DNA of 63,922 nucleotides, the filler included, from Octopus bimaculoides (Eukaryota), in the NCBI RefSeq assembly GCF_001194135.2. It is 7 parts of 7 records of this genome, joined end to end, with 100 filler letters (N's around TTAATTAATTAA, not from the genome) between each part and the next. Parts side by side here need not be neighbours in the genome. Positions count along the whole stretch, not along the records: positions 17,079 to 44,372 come from NC_068989.1; 6 more parts are not named here. One strand, 5' to 3'. The notes under the pieces were generated by a model. It made no database searches and had not been told where the DNA came from. It was given only the letters and a program-made list of their open reading frames with translations. Within the stretch, counting starts at the first letter, position 1; each line of letters starts with the position of its first letter. Below are positions 24,981 to 36,937 of the stretch, piece by piece. The position numbers and the translations under genes are program-made.

Positions 24981-25219
24981 TGTTTCTTATTTCTTTATTG
25001 TCCACAAGGGGCTAAACATAGAGGGCACAAATAAGGATAGACAAAGGGATTAAGTCGATTACATCAATCCCAGTGTGTTACTGGTACTTAATTTATCGAC
25101 CCCGAAAGGATGAAAGACAAAGTCGACCTCGGCGGAATTTGAACTCAGAACGTAACGGCAGACGAAATACCGCTAAGCATTTCGCCCGGCGTGCTAACGT
25201 TTCTGCCAGCTCGCCGCCT
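24981..25219 (-). mobile_element. SINE family B, well preserved and CpG-rich
   Basis: Complete head (AGGCGGCGAGCTGGCAGAAACGTTAGCACGCCGGGCGAAATGC), core and tail. Confidence 0.95.
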
Positions 25220-26019
25220 CTACACAGTTTCTGTCTACCAAAACCACAAGGTACTGGTCGATTCAGTTAGAGTTATAGTAGAAAATTCCAAAGTGCCGTG
25301 CAAAGGGATTGAACGTAAAACCACGAGATTGTAAAGCAAACGTCTTAATCACACAGCTATGCCTGCGCTTATATGTAAATATAAATGATTTTTTCCATAA
25401 ATGAAAAGCAAGACCATGTATCAAACCAAAACAATATTGGGACTTTAAGACAATTGGTGTTCTGAATCCAAATCTCGTAGTGGTTGACTTTGTGCTTCAT
25501 CTTTGTTGGATCGATAAAATAAGATCCTGTCACGTGATGTAATCGATCTAGTCAACATGAGGGACGATATTTAACACAGCCTCAGACGTAACAAAATGTA
25601 GCAAAGAGTTTTGTCCGGCGTTCTTTTGATAATATTGTCCCTAATATTTACATTTACGATCATTTCAAACTCTTCCACATATTTGAAGGAAGGAAACGGG
25701 ATCATGTTGAATCCTGTACTTAATTTAGCAATTCCAGAAGGCTGAAAATAAAAGTTGGTCTTGGCGGGATTTGAATTCAGAAAATAAAAAAAAATAAAAA
25801 ACCGAACAAATACTGAAAAACATATTTATTCGACAGACTAACGATTCTGCCACACCACTACTTTTTCATACTGTAATAAAAAATAAAATAAAATAAAAAT
25901 ATTGTTACACAATATTTTTATCTTATTTCATTTTTATCTTTATTTTTATTTATTTATTTTTCTTGGTCGATGTTATTTCCTATTTGCTTCTATCTAGAAA
26001 TCAAAGGAAATGACTACTA

Positions 26020-26290
26020 TTCCCTTCAAAGTTAGCTTTTGTCACCAGGACATCAATGTTTTGAAACTGACCTATTTTCTTATTACATTTCAGACAGATT
26101 CAGTGCTGATTTGCTGAAACAGATATATCATGATGGCAATTATTCTACTCAGCACCATAGATTTGCTTGTCAGTTGCGTGACCGTAACCAGTTCAGCATG
26201 TGGTTACGGCTGACAATATGTACATTTCTGATGATGATCAGGAGTAGTAGGGGTGCATGATAGCTATGTGTTCAAAGAGATTCTTTCAAC
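26020..26290 (+). repeat. Dispersed repeat (family F)
   Basis: 26153-26214 matches the reverse complement of 34437-34500 at about 80% (GATTTGCTTG.CAGTTG..TGACC.TAACCAGTT.AGCATGT). Confidence 0.65.
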
Positions 26291-26996
26291 TTTGATTAAA
26301 TGTAACAAAAGCAAAGTTTGAAGGAAATATTAGCCATTTTTCATACTTTCTAGGAGTAAGCTAGTGGGAAATTATCCAAGAACAAAAATCGTGTTACACA
26401 ATGTAATTGTTTCTGATATAGGAACGAGGCCTAAAATTTGGTCGAAGGGGATTCATCAATAAAATGACTTCAGTACTTGACAGGTACTTTATTTTTGTCG
26501 ACTCCAGGACGAAAGGCAATGTTGACCTCAAAAGAATTTGAACTCGGAACGTTAAGGCCGGAAGAAAATAGCGTAAGGAATTTTGTCCGATGACCTAGCG
26601 AGTATATCAATTCACCCCCCCCCCTCCAAACATCTCAACATGGAGAATACGAATATGATTTCCTTACCTTTTACTTGCTAAACGAGGGCTCAACTGATTC
26701 GGATAACTCCGCAGCAATATTTTAATATAAATGTTTCCAATATTGGCACAAAGAAACTAATTTTAAGAGGAGCGGGTAAGTTGGTACCATTGACTCGAGT
26801 ACTTGATCGAAAGGATAGAATGGAGGATCAGGTAAGTTGGTACCATCAACTCGAGTACTTGACCGAAAGGATAGAATGGAAAACTACTCTCAGCGAAATT
26901 TGAACTGAGAAAGAAAAAAAAAACGAACCAATATCACGAGGTATCTTGTCTGACACCAAAATGAGTGTGTCAATCCACAGGCGCAAATAATGAAAA

Positions 26997-27069
26997 TGGA
27001 GAATCCGGGTATCGATCCCGGTACTTCTCACATGCTAAGCGAGCGCTCTACCATTTGAGCTAATTCCCC
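26997..27069 (-). tRNA. tRNA-Ala-AGC: tRNA-Ala (anticodon AGC), intact
   Basis: GGGGAATTAGCTCAAATGGTAGAGCGCTCGCTTAGCATGTGAGAAGTACCGGGATCGATACCCGGATTCTCCA, 73 nt. Full cloverleaf, G3:U70 alanine identity pair, Ala-type GATCGAT T-loop, and a TTTT Pol III terminator immediately 3'. Confidence 0.97.
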
Positions 27070-29136
27070 AGCTAATTGCCAAGCGAACCAATAAATATAT
27101 ATTTAATACTCAGGCATGATAGCTATGAACACTGCTTGGCCAGAGGTTTTTAGCAACAAGTTCTTATTTCTGCTACCTTCAAAGAATGGAAAATAGTACG
27201 GGTCACATCCATACCTTCCCTAAAGGCTTCGGCGAAATGAGTGAAATATATTTACAATCGATGAACCTAACCTAGATCATAAAACAGGTTTTCTAGTGAG
27301 CTGTTACTAGCAGCACTTATTTTCGCTGTTTCGTCCTGGTCCATCCGATCCTAAGTGAGCTGCTAAAAGATCAAAAGCATTTAAGCTGTGATCATACTGT
27401 GCACCAACCATTTTTCTCAACTAAACCCTACACTTGATCCTGTTTTTAATGCTATGATGTGATTTACAAAATATTTAACAGCTGTTATTAACCAGCAAGC
27501 GACTGCATCAACCCCTGTAGTCAGTTGGTTGTATTTTGTTGTCTTCATGCGTTCTGAGTCAAAACTCCTACAAGGGTTTGATTCAGTTTTATCTTTCATT
27601 CCTCCAGAATCGACCAAAAATACAAATCGTGGAGTGGATCTATTGACTATATCTGTTCTGCAAAATGAACGACTTTGTTAAACGTAAAATTATGCAAAAT
27701 TTACCAAAGATTTCATTTTGAAAATATTATTATGAATTCACAAAAATCAACTGATGAGATCTCGTAGTAAAACAGGTCACAAGCAGGCATTACTGTGTAG
27801 TTGAGGAATTCTCTTCACAACCGCAAATCCTTAGTCGTTGTTCTAAAATGAATGACTTGGTAACATGTACCACGTTTTTCATTAACTCTTTTAGGCGCAA
27901 GCAGACATAGACACGACACTCTCTCGGTCCCAGTGGAACAGAAACGTTGTGACAGCTGGTGATGGAGAGATAGAGATAGAGGCAGACACAGAAACAGTGA
28001 GAGAGAGGTGGCGAGAGTTGCACGAACACTCAGCTGTTCACACATTTGCAACGATATAGAGCGGAATAACGTGAAATGAAGAGAATAGAATTCACCGCCC
28101 AAATGTATGATTATGCGATCTTGAAACAAAACTTTAATTACAAGNNNNNNNNNNNNNNNNNNNNNNNNNNNNNNNNNNNNNNNNNNNNNNNNNNNNNNNN
28201 NNNNNNNNNNNNNNNNNNNNNNNNNNNNNNNNNNNNNNNNNNNNNNNNNNNNNNNNNNNNNNNNNNNNNNNNNNNNNNNNNNNNNNNNNNNNNNNNNNNN
28301 NNNNNNNNNNNNNNNNNNNNNNNNNNNNNNNNNNNNNNNNNNNNNNNNNNNNNNNNNNNNNNNNNNNNNNNNNNNNNNNNNNNNNNNNNNNNNNNNNNNN
28401 NNNNNNNNNNNNNNNNNNNNNNNNNNNNNNNNNNNNNNNNNNNNNNNNNNNNNNNNNNNNNNNNNNNNNNNNNNNNNNNNNNNNNNNNNNNNNNNNNNNN
28501 NNNNNNNNNNNNNNNNNNNNNNNNNNNNNNNNNNNNNNNNNNNNNNNNNNNNNNNNNNNNNNNNNNNNNNNNNNNNNNNNNNNNNNNNNNNNNNNNNNNN
28601 NNNNNNNNNNNNNNNNNNNNNNNNNNNNNNNNNNNNNNNNNNNNNNNNNNNNNNNNNNNNNNNNNNNNNNNNNNNNNNNNNNNNNNNNNNNNNNNNNNNN
28701 NNNNNNNNNNNNNNNNNNNNNNNNNNNNNNNNNNNNNNNNNNNNNNNNNNNNNNNNNNNNNNNNNNNNNNNNNNNNNNNNNNNNNNNNNNNNNNNNNNNN
28801 NNNNNNNNNNNNNNNNNNNNNNNNNNNNNNNNNNNNNNNNNNNNNNNNNNNNNNNNNNNNNNNNNNNNNNNNNNNNNNNNNNNNNNNNNNNNNNNNNNNN
28901 NNNNNNNNNNNNNNNNNNNNNNNNNNNNNNNNNNNNNNNNNNNNNNNNNNNNNNNNNNNNNNNNNNNNNNNNNNNNNNNNNNNNNNNNNNNNNNNNNNNN
29001 NNNNNNNNNNNNNNNNNNNNNNNNNNNNNNNNNNNNNNNNNNNNNNNNNNNNNNNNNNATATACACACACATACACACACACCCACACCCACACATATGT
29101 ATGTATGTATGTATGTATGTATGTGTGTATGTATGT

Positions 29137-30060
29137 GATGGCTGTCAGCTCCTTGCAGATCTTGACCTCTTCTTGTTCATATAATTTCTCTTTCCTAGCG
29201 TGAGATCTTAAATGACATTTGTCCTGTAAAACATTTGAAGAGCTGATCACAAATCTTGCAGTAATGTCTAATTTCAGCATTGGTTCCGTTTTCTGCTTGT
29301 TCATTGTAAATGTTCAAGTGCCTCTTCAGTCCTCCACGTGACTTGCAGGTTTTTTGATAGACATGGTATTAAAACTGGTCATCTAGAATGAATTTCCAAT
29401 CGTTCATATGTTCCTTGCCCTCGCGCTGGTGCGATCTCATACCAGCGTGAAATATGCATAATTTTGTCCACAAGGAACATTTAAAGAAGGAATGAGAAAC
29501 ACACGCAATGCTATTAATAGTAATCGGATTTTTAAGAAACTTTTCTTTCGGTTCAGCGTGCTTAACTCTATCAAGCTCAAAATCTTTAACATACCTCCAA
29601 ATCATTGCTCTCCGCCCTTCTTTATCTGCCGTAAGTGATTCAAGACTAATTAAGACATTTCAGATTTGATCTTAAAGAAACTTTGCATCTTCGGTTTACT
29701 ATTTTTTCTCTTTCCCACCATAAGCTCAGCATAAAGATTTGTTCGGGAATGCGCTTATCGCCCGTACGGATGCGATGGCTTGTCCATCGTAGTTGATTCT
29801 TAATAAGCATGGCTTGAATTGATGTGATTCTAGTTTCAGCAAGAACTGCAGTGTTAGGAATAACTGAGGACCAGCTTATTCTGAGTATGTGGCAAAGGCA
29901 TTACTGGTGAAATCTTTCCAACATTTTTACATGAAACGTGTATATTTTCCAGATTTCAGAAGAATAGAACGGTGCAGAAACAACAAATGAGACTATCCTA
30001 TGATCATAGTGTTAGTTTTGACACGTCTCTGAGACCAGACTTTAGGTCACCTCACCCTGC
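29137..30060 (-). mobile_element. RTE-clade LINE 3' portion with three degenerate C-terminal C2H2 zinc fingers
   Basis: YSSEIWKIY..HVKMLERFHQ*CLCHILRISW...NQLRWTSHRIRTGDKRIPEQIF(YAEL). Downstream: FKCSLWTKLCIFHAGMRSHQRE, F*YHVYQKTCKSRGGLKRHLNIY and HYCKICDQLFKCFTG..LRSHARK. Ends at (TACA)n. Confidence 0.88.
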
Positions 30061-30213
30061 CAGTCTCAATCCTATCAAATATTGATTACTTAATTACCAA
30101 AAATACAATCTATATCTGGAATTATTTTTCCAACTTATTATTGTAGGTTATTTATACACGAAGAGAAGAGACTCTATTTTATAGATATTTCAGCTTTACT
30201 AACTAAAGACCAA

Positions 30214-30267
30214 ATTATAGTGGCTGGTTGGTGTATTTATATTATAGTGGCTGGTTGGTGTGTTTAT
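30214..30267. repeat. 27-bp tandem duplication
   Basis: ATTATAGTGGCTGGTTGGTGT(A/G)TTTAT x2. Confidence 0.9.
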
Positions 30268-31250
30268 ATCGAGTCAAAATGTGGTCTGTCGTTGTAGCAG
30301 AAATATAAGAGCCAAGATGAGTAATAAATATTGAAGTCAGAACAGCAGTTAAATAAAGCTTAATAAAGATGTCATTACATCCCCTCCAGGAAGGGATATA
30401 GACCCCAGAGAAACCGGGAGACCAAGTCTATGTCGTTTATGGAGTAATGTGAAGTAACCAACCAACCATATTAGAAATATCTTGAATCAATTCACTGGAT
30501 TTATAAATGCAACACGGCACTCAAGCAAAGTTGTATAGATAAAAAAATCCATATTGCAACCACCAGGTTCTGGCTGAGTTTGATCCCACAACGCAGAACT
30601 TTGGGAACGTGTTCTTCTACTATAACATCGGGTTGACCAATAGAAATCTAGTAGAACGGAAACTGTGAAAAGTTGTCGTCGAATATATCACTAATAATCT
30701 TCATGGTCTAATTACTAGGAAAAAGAGTCACATATGTCACAGCATTCAATTTTCAATTCAAATCATTTAATGCGAAGCTAATGAAAGCAAGTTTTTATTT
30801 CATATCGATCAAAAATGCTGAGTTAAATGAAATTACAATTTTTAAAAAAATATTGAGAATCTGTAGGTGAATATTAATTAATATTGATTTTAGAACATTT
30901 CATTCCACACGGCAATATATGTATATTTAATCAGCACGACTATAAGGTGTATCATGTATGATAGCAACACTAACTGATCACAATTGTATAAATATTCGCA
31001 AAAAGGCCTCGGAATGTATATCCATTATTCATCACCCATGTACAAGGTTACAAATTCTAGGGATGAGATCGTCGCTGAGGATCTGAAATGTTATTGGGCC
31101 CCTTTCTCTGTCTTGCTTAGACAAAAAATATTCGCCCCAGTATCTGTTACTTTATATTGAACCTGAAAAGAACAGGTAAACTCGATCAAGATGTGAACGC
31201 AGAACATAAAGAGGAGTAAATAAATAGTTAAGCATTTTTCAGCTGCCATA

Positions 31251-31369
31251 CACCGGATATGAAGTATATGTCGGATATTCTATCCACCACACCGGATATG
31301 AAGTATATGTCGGATATTCTATCCACCACACCGGATATGCGAATATGCCACCCACCATTCCGGATATGC
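31251..31369. repeat. 39-bp tandem repeat x2.3 with reiterated (C/T)CGGATAT motifs
   Basis: CACCGGATATGAAGTATATGTCGGATATTCTATCCACCA starts at 31251, 31290 and 31329. Six CGGATAT motifs in 120 bp. Confidence 0.9.
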
Positions 31370-31974
31370 CCTCGAAAAATTTTAATTCAATCTAAAACAA
31401 TCTATAAAACTTCATGAGACAAGTACAAATTTTAAATTTTAAATATATTGTAATTGTTTTCAAGAACTTCAAAATTTGAAATAAATTTGCACGGCTTCAG
31501 GCAAAGCATCTGATAAAGATTGTCTGTTGGCCGGTTCTAATTTAATTGACATATTCATTTAATGTAATATTCGATATGAATATCGTACTTGTTTTAAAAT
31601 TTTAAAACAGCAGGTAGCGCAAATTTTTTTTTTAATCATAGCGTAGATGCTACCAAACACTCTATTTCTATATATTTTCACTGTTTAGTCAACGAGGAAG
31701 GTGACTGATTTGATCCTTAATTTTTCAAGGTTTCTGACGAAGGGAGCAAGTTAACCTCAAACTGAGAACCTAACCCGAATGATTGCAACAAAATCTACTC
31801 TGCCAGAAGCACTCAGGTACCTATAGTTAAGTGTATGTTTGTGTTTGGGTGTGGATGTGTGTGAGAGTGTGTGTGAGTCAGCGAGTCTGTGTGTATAACT
31901 GTATAACTCGTATATATATATATATATATATATATACAGTAAATCCCCCCCCCAAAAAAAAACGAAGAAAAACT

Positions 31975-32110
31975 ATAAAAAAAACAATAACGTGAGGACG
32001 TGGTAGAGGACGTGTACAAAGAATATATAAGCTTGGCGCTCAATAAAATGAAGGAGGTTGACGTTAAGAGCTGAGCTCTTCATCGGAAGGTGGAAAGGGA
32101 AGAATCCAAA
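31975..32110 (-). mobile_element. Degraded Penelope-like pLTR fragment with a decayed hammerhead-like motif
   Basis: Minus strand CCGATGA-A-GAGC-TCA-GCTC-TTAAC-GTC (32086-32060). Downstream sequence resembles the right arm of the 9585-9944 element. Confidence 0.55.
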
Positions 32111-32199
32111 GAAGGAAAAGAAATTGCCAACAGCATGTGTGTAGTTACATTACTGAAACGTCGGGAAATAGAAAGAGATAGAGAAAGTGATTTTTAGTC

Positions 32200-32772
32200 T
32201 CCTTCCTTTTTGATGCTCTTGGTCCAGCAGTCCACAAGCTTGCGTATTCCCTCTAAGAAGAAGGTTTTCGGTTTATGCACCGCTTCGCCCAAATCGACAA
32301 CCTTGTAAACCATCTTTGAGCGGTCCAAAAATATAATAGCCGGAAGGGGCGAGATTTGGCCTGTAGGCAGGGTGTTTCAGCAATCTCAAGACCCAATTGG
32401 TTAACGGTTTCAACGGTCTGGGCGGACGTGTGTGGGACAACAAAGCTTTCTTCGACAATAGGTTTCAGCATTTGGTGCGAATTGCTGGCTTCAGTTTGTT
32501 GGCCTGCAAAACTCTGTCTCTTGCATTGTTGATCGTGCACCCCTTTTCCAGAGAAACTGGGTCACTGCTCCTTGTCCTTCTTTGGTGCACATTGCCAGTG
32601 AAACGGCCGTGCTTACACTGTAAAACCAGAAAGAAAAATGGTGTGATTAGGTTCAAACTTCGATCATGTGACCACAATAGTACCAACTATAAGCACGCAT
32701 GCGCAGAAGGCAGTGTGACAATAATAAAGATATGTTATAGTGAAAGTGCGAATATTTTTTGACTTCCCCTCG
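32200..32772 (-). mobile_element. Internally deleted mariner (family C)
   Basis: TIR CGAGGGGAAGTCAAAAAATATTCGCAC at 32772. N-terminus MCTKEGQGAVTQFLW is joined directly to TINNAR..KLKPAIRTK...LKHPAYRPNLAPSGYYIFGPLK (YSPDLAPSD motif variant). No right TIR seen. Confidence 0.88.
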
Positions 32773-32780
32773 TGTGTGTG

Positions 32781-32812
<32 letters not shown>

Positions 32813-32968
32813 TGGAAAATTTAACTATTTCTACGTAGACTGAAAAACTTTATGAAGAGCCTTAATCTATTATCGGGTTCCCATCAGAGGTATCTAGATC
32901 AATTTGACCAATCCCAGAGAAGTAACACAGACAGACAGGCAGGCAGGCAGGCAGACATCAGGACAGAC

Positions 32969-33046
<78 letters not shown>

Positions 33047-33291
33047 GTCACAGCGTTTCAAAAGCGTTTCAAATCGTTTCAGAAGCCTTTCAAATCGATT
33101 GTATCATATATGAAATAGGTTAATTTACCCACAACGAATAAATTCCAAACATTTACAATATACAGACAATAAATAAAATGCGTAAATATTTAAATGCAGA
33201 ACACATCTGCAACATATTCTAAATGGATTACCTTACCAACATATGCTTTTAATGCTGGTTTTAGCACCTTATAGATTATCGTATAGGCAGT

Positions 33292-33484
33292 CATGACATC
33301 TAGGATATCGTGCAATAACATTTGTTGTTGGTATAAAGCCAAATATCTTTCCAGTATTACATGGTATTGCGTTGCGTATTAGATTCCCATGACATTAGGG
33401 ATATCGTGCAATATCCTTTGTTTCTGGTATATCTCCAAATATCTCTCCGATATTATATGGTATTGTGTTACGTAATAGATTTCC
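33292..33484. repeat. 96-bp tandem duplication (~80% identity)
   Basis: Units start CATGACAT...GGATATCGTGCAATA at 33292 and 33388. Confidence 0.85.
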
Positions 33485-33902
33485 ATTTTCAGTATGGAGT
33501 TGTCAGTGATTCTAACCAGAACCAGAGTTTAGTTACAATAGAATAGAATCTATTTGATGAAAGATCTATTTCGGCAATAAATTACACCTTACCAGGTCAC
33601 TATCTAAAGAGAAGATGCTGTTGTTATGTAAATGCAAGGGACAGTAAAAATCAGAAATAATAATGTGTGAACGCATCAGAGTCGGTCAAGTCAATCAAAA
33701 CCTGATGAGAGAGAGAGAGAGAGAGATAGAGAGAGAGATAGAGAGAGCGAAAGAAACACAGACAGAGAGACAAACAAACAAACAAATTGACAGAGACAGA
33801 GACAAAGAAAAAACAGGAAAACGGAGACAGAACAGCAAGAGAGAGGCAGAAAGACTAATCGATAAACGCCTAGTCAGACTAAAATAAAAGGGCACAACTC
33901 AT

Positions 33903-34108
33903 ACTGATTTCAAATTCTGGTACAAGGCCAGCAATTTCAGGGGTATTGGGTAAGTCGATTGCATCGACCGTAGTGCTCAACTGGTACTTATTTCATCGAC
34001 CCCGAAAGGTAAGGACGGCCTCGACGGAATTTAAACTAAGAGCGTAAAGACGGGCGAAATGCCACTACGCATTTTGTCCGGCTCACTAACAATTCTACCA
34101 GCTCACCA
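33903..34108 (-). mobile_element. SINE family B
   Basis: CTGGTACTTATTTCATCGACCCCGAAAGG plus head and tail matches. Confidence 0.85.
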
Positions 34109-34180
34109 ACTGAATTTAAATATTTCTCTTTTAATTCATAAATTATTACTTTGCAAGAGGAAAACTCCAGAATTCTTGCC

Positions 34181-34340
34181 AGCGTGGTTGTGTGGTAAGA
34201 AGCTTGCTTCCCGATCCTATGGTTCTGGGTTCTGTGCCAATGCGTACCACCTTGGGCAAATGTCTTCTATTATAGCATCGGGCCGATCAAAGTCTTGCGA
34301 GTGGATTTGGTAGACAGAAATTGAAAGAAGTCCGTCGTAT

Positions 34341-34439
<99 letters not shown>

Positions 34440-34610
34440 AGCCACCAAGGGACATGCTCAACTGGTTAAGGTCAAACAACTGGCAAGCAAATCTGTGGTA
34501 TTAAGCAGAATATTTGCTGTAGCCCATCTTTTATACCAAGACAAAACAATTTACATGATAACACTTCCAATCAATTAAGATCAGAAGCCATGAAAGCCAC
34601 TGCCTGGTAC
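34181..34610 (+). mobile_element. SINE family A 5' half, microsatellite, then a family F fragment
   Basis: GCGTGGTTGTGTGGTAAGAAGCTTGCTTCCC...CCTTGGGCAAATGTCTTC (34181-34340). 34437-34610 is related to 26020-26290. Confidence 0.8.
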
Positions 34611-34683
34611 TTATTGTTATAATAATAATAATAATAATAATAATCACTATTATTATTATTATTATTATTATCATTATTATTAT

Positions 34684-34760
34684 TCAGGTCACTCCCTGGA
34701 ATCGAACTTGGAATCTTGCGGTTAGTAGCCTGCGCTCTTAACCACTACGCTATATACCCG
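34684..34760 (-). mobile_element. Short tRNA-derived SINE head followed by (AAT)n
   Basis: CGGGTATATAGCGTAGTGGTTAAGAGCGCAGGCTACTAACCGCAAGATTCCAAGTTCGATTCCAGGGAGTGACCTGAATAATAAT. A/B boxes are present but the stems do not pair as a true tRNA. Confidence 0.8.
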
Positions 34761-34761
34761 T

Positions 34762-34957
34762 CATAGAGGTCAGCTGTTCTGCTGATGTGAACATTACTTT
34801 GATAATCAAAGAGAAAGACAATAACTACGGACAACCTCCAGCTTTTATATCCGGATTACAGATTTACATTTATACCAATAATTGGAGCACCTGGCTTTGT
34901 AAGACAGTCTGGATAAGCTTGTATTTTCAGAAAAAGAAATCAACCAACTGATTTGCA
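34762..34957 (+). mobile_element. R4/Dong endonuclease fragment, same family as 23365-24870
   Basis: IEVSCSADVNITLIIKEKDNNYGQ / LQLLYPDYRFTFIPII aligns to IEVSCPADINICLKIKENEDIYGQ...LQLLYPDYEFIFIPII at 24484-24615. Confidence 0.85.
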
Positions 34958-35256
34958 NNNNNNNNNNNNNNNNNNNNNNNNNNNNNNNNNNNNNNNNNNN
35001 NNNNNNNNNNNNNNNNNNNNNNNNNNNNNNNNNNNNNNNNNNNNNNNNNNNNNNNNNNNNNNNNNNNNNNNNNNNNNNNNNNNNNNNNNNNNNNNNNNNN
35101 NNNNNNNNNNNNNNNNNNNNNNNNNNNNNNNNNNNNNNNNNNNNNNNNNNNNNNNNNNNNNNNNNNNNNNNNNNNNNNNNNNNNNNNNNNNNNNNNNNNN
35201 NNNNNNNNNNNNNNNNNNNNNNNNNNNNNNNNNNNNNNNNNNNNNNNNNNNNNNNN

Positions 35257-35321
<65 letters not shown>

Positions 35322-35852
35322 TATAAATATCATAGGTTGATGAAACTAAAACTATAGCTTAAAATTTCTTCTTTTCATTCTTGTTTCCGTTGCTTCAGTA
35401 CAATATGCCTAGTAAATTGTAATTACTTAGTTATCTCCATCTTGCGAAGGTGTCCAAGAACATTCCCATCTGTTTAATGGCGAACCCTTTCAAACTATGA
35501 TATTATCAACACTTATATGGCCTTAACATTTCAGCCAGAAAATCAGAAATAACTTGCATTGCCAAAAATATAATATTTTTAAGATACCAAAATGAAAATA
35601 CTTAAGGTTGTAGAAGTCTGCAACCAACGGAAGAATATTTGTCAGCTTTACTTATCTAAGAAACACTCCGTTCTGTTCTATTTGTTCTATACTGAAGGTA
35701 TCCTCAGTGGCGAATCAGGATTAAATAGCGTACTGACTTTTCAGACGAAAACAAAGAAAATAGAAACTCGCCTAACTTTTTAAAACGCCAACGTAGAATC
35801 CGCAAATATTTTTCTCTATTTTAAAAACTAATTGACAGACAGACAGACAGAC

Positions 35853-35910
<58 letters not shown>

Positions 35911-36181
35911 TTTATACACAATAATGATTTGGATGATATTTTAAAATCATATTTACGTTGATCTTTAAATATCCGAAACTCCTAACAACAGCCATGCGCC
36001 GACAGTTCTGCTATTCCAAACAACCAATGATATTACAGGACTTGTCAGATATTTTTTTATTTCCTTTTTTTATCAGGATTGGATGCTTATTTATAACACT
36101 TTTCAGAAGGATAAATCTAAAGTCACTATTCTAAAGTTTCCGCTATATAATATATAAATATGTGATAATGTATAAGCATGT

Positions 36182-36218
<37 letters not shown>

Positions 36219-36221
36219 GTA

Positions 36222-36252
<31 letters not shown>

Positions 36253-36546
36253 GTGTGAGTATTTGTGTGTATATATGGGTTTGTGTGTAGTTTAACTATA
36301 TACAATATATGCATATATATTAATATTTTAGCTGTATATATATATATATATATATANNNNNNNNNNNNNNNNNNNNNNNNNNNNNNNNNNNNNNNNNNNN
36401 NNNNNNNNNNNNNNNNNNNNNNNNNNNNNNNNNNNNNNNNNNNNNNNNNNNNNNNNNNNNNNNNNNNNNNNNNNNNNNNNNNNNNNNNNNNNNNNNNNNN
36501 NNNNNNNNNNNNNNNNNNNNNNNNNNNNNNNNNNNNNNNNNNNNNN

Positions 36547-36604
<58 letters not shown>

Positions 36605-36817
36605 CCATCTTGTTTTAATGTATATGTTTGGACACTTAATGGATGAACTCTGTTATACTGTCTATTCTTGTGTGACAATCTGCCTGCGTGTATATATGAT
36701 CTTGTATAACATTGCTTTTATTATTTGATATGTGCGTGCTTACGGGAACTTATGAGTTTGTATATATACGTGAGGGTGTATAAATAGTAGTAGTGCGTAT
36801 GCGTGTGTATATGTGTG

Positions 36818-36937
<120 letters not shown>

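Noticed and set aside
26039-26260. Plus-strand exon candidate with a textbook acceptor and a signal-peptide-like MMAIILLSTIDLLVSCVT
   Set aside because: The sequence matches the reverse complement of 34437-34500, so it is a dispersed repeat.
26775-26880. 56-bp tandem duplication
   Set aside because: A local duplication inside a degraded SINE-B, with no further structure.
34684-34760. Second tRNA gene (Ser-like ACT loop)
   Set aside because: Acceptor and anticodon stems do not pair, and it runs into (AAT)n. It is a SINE head.
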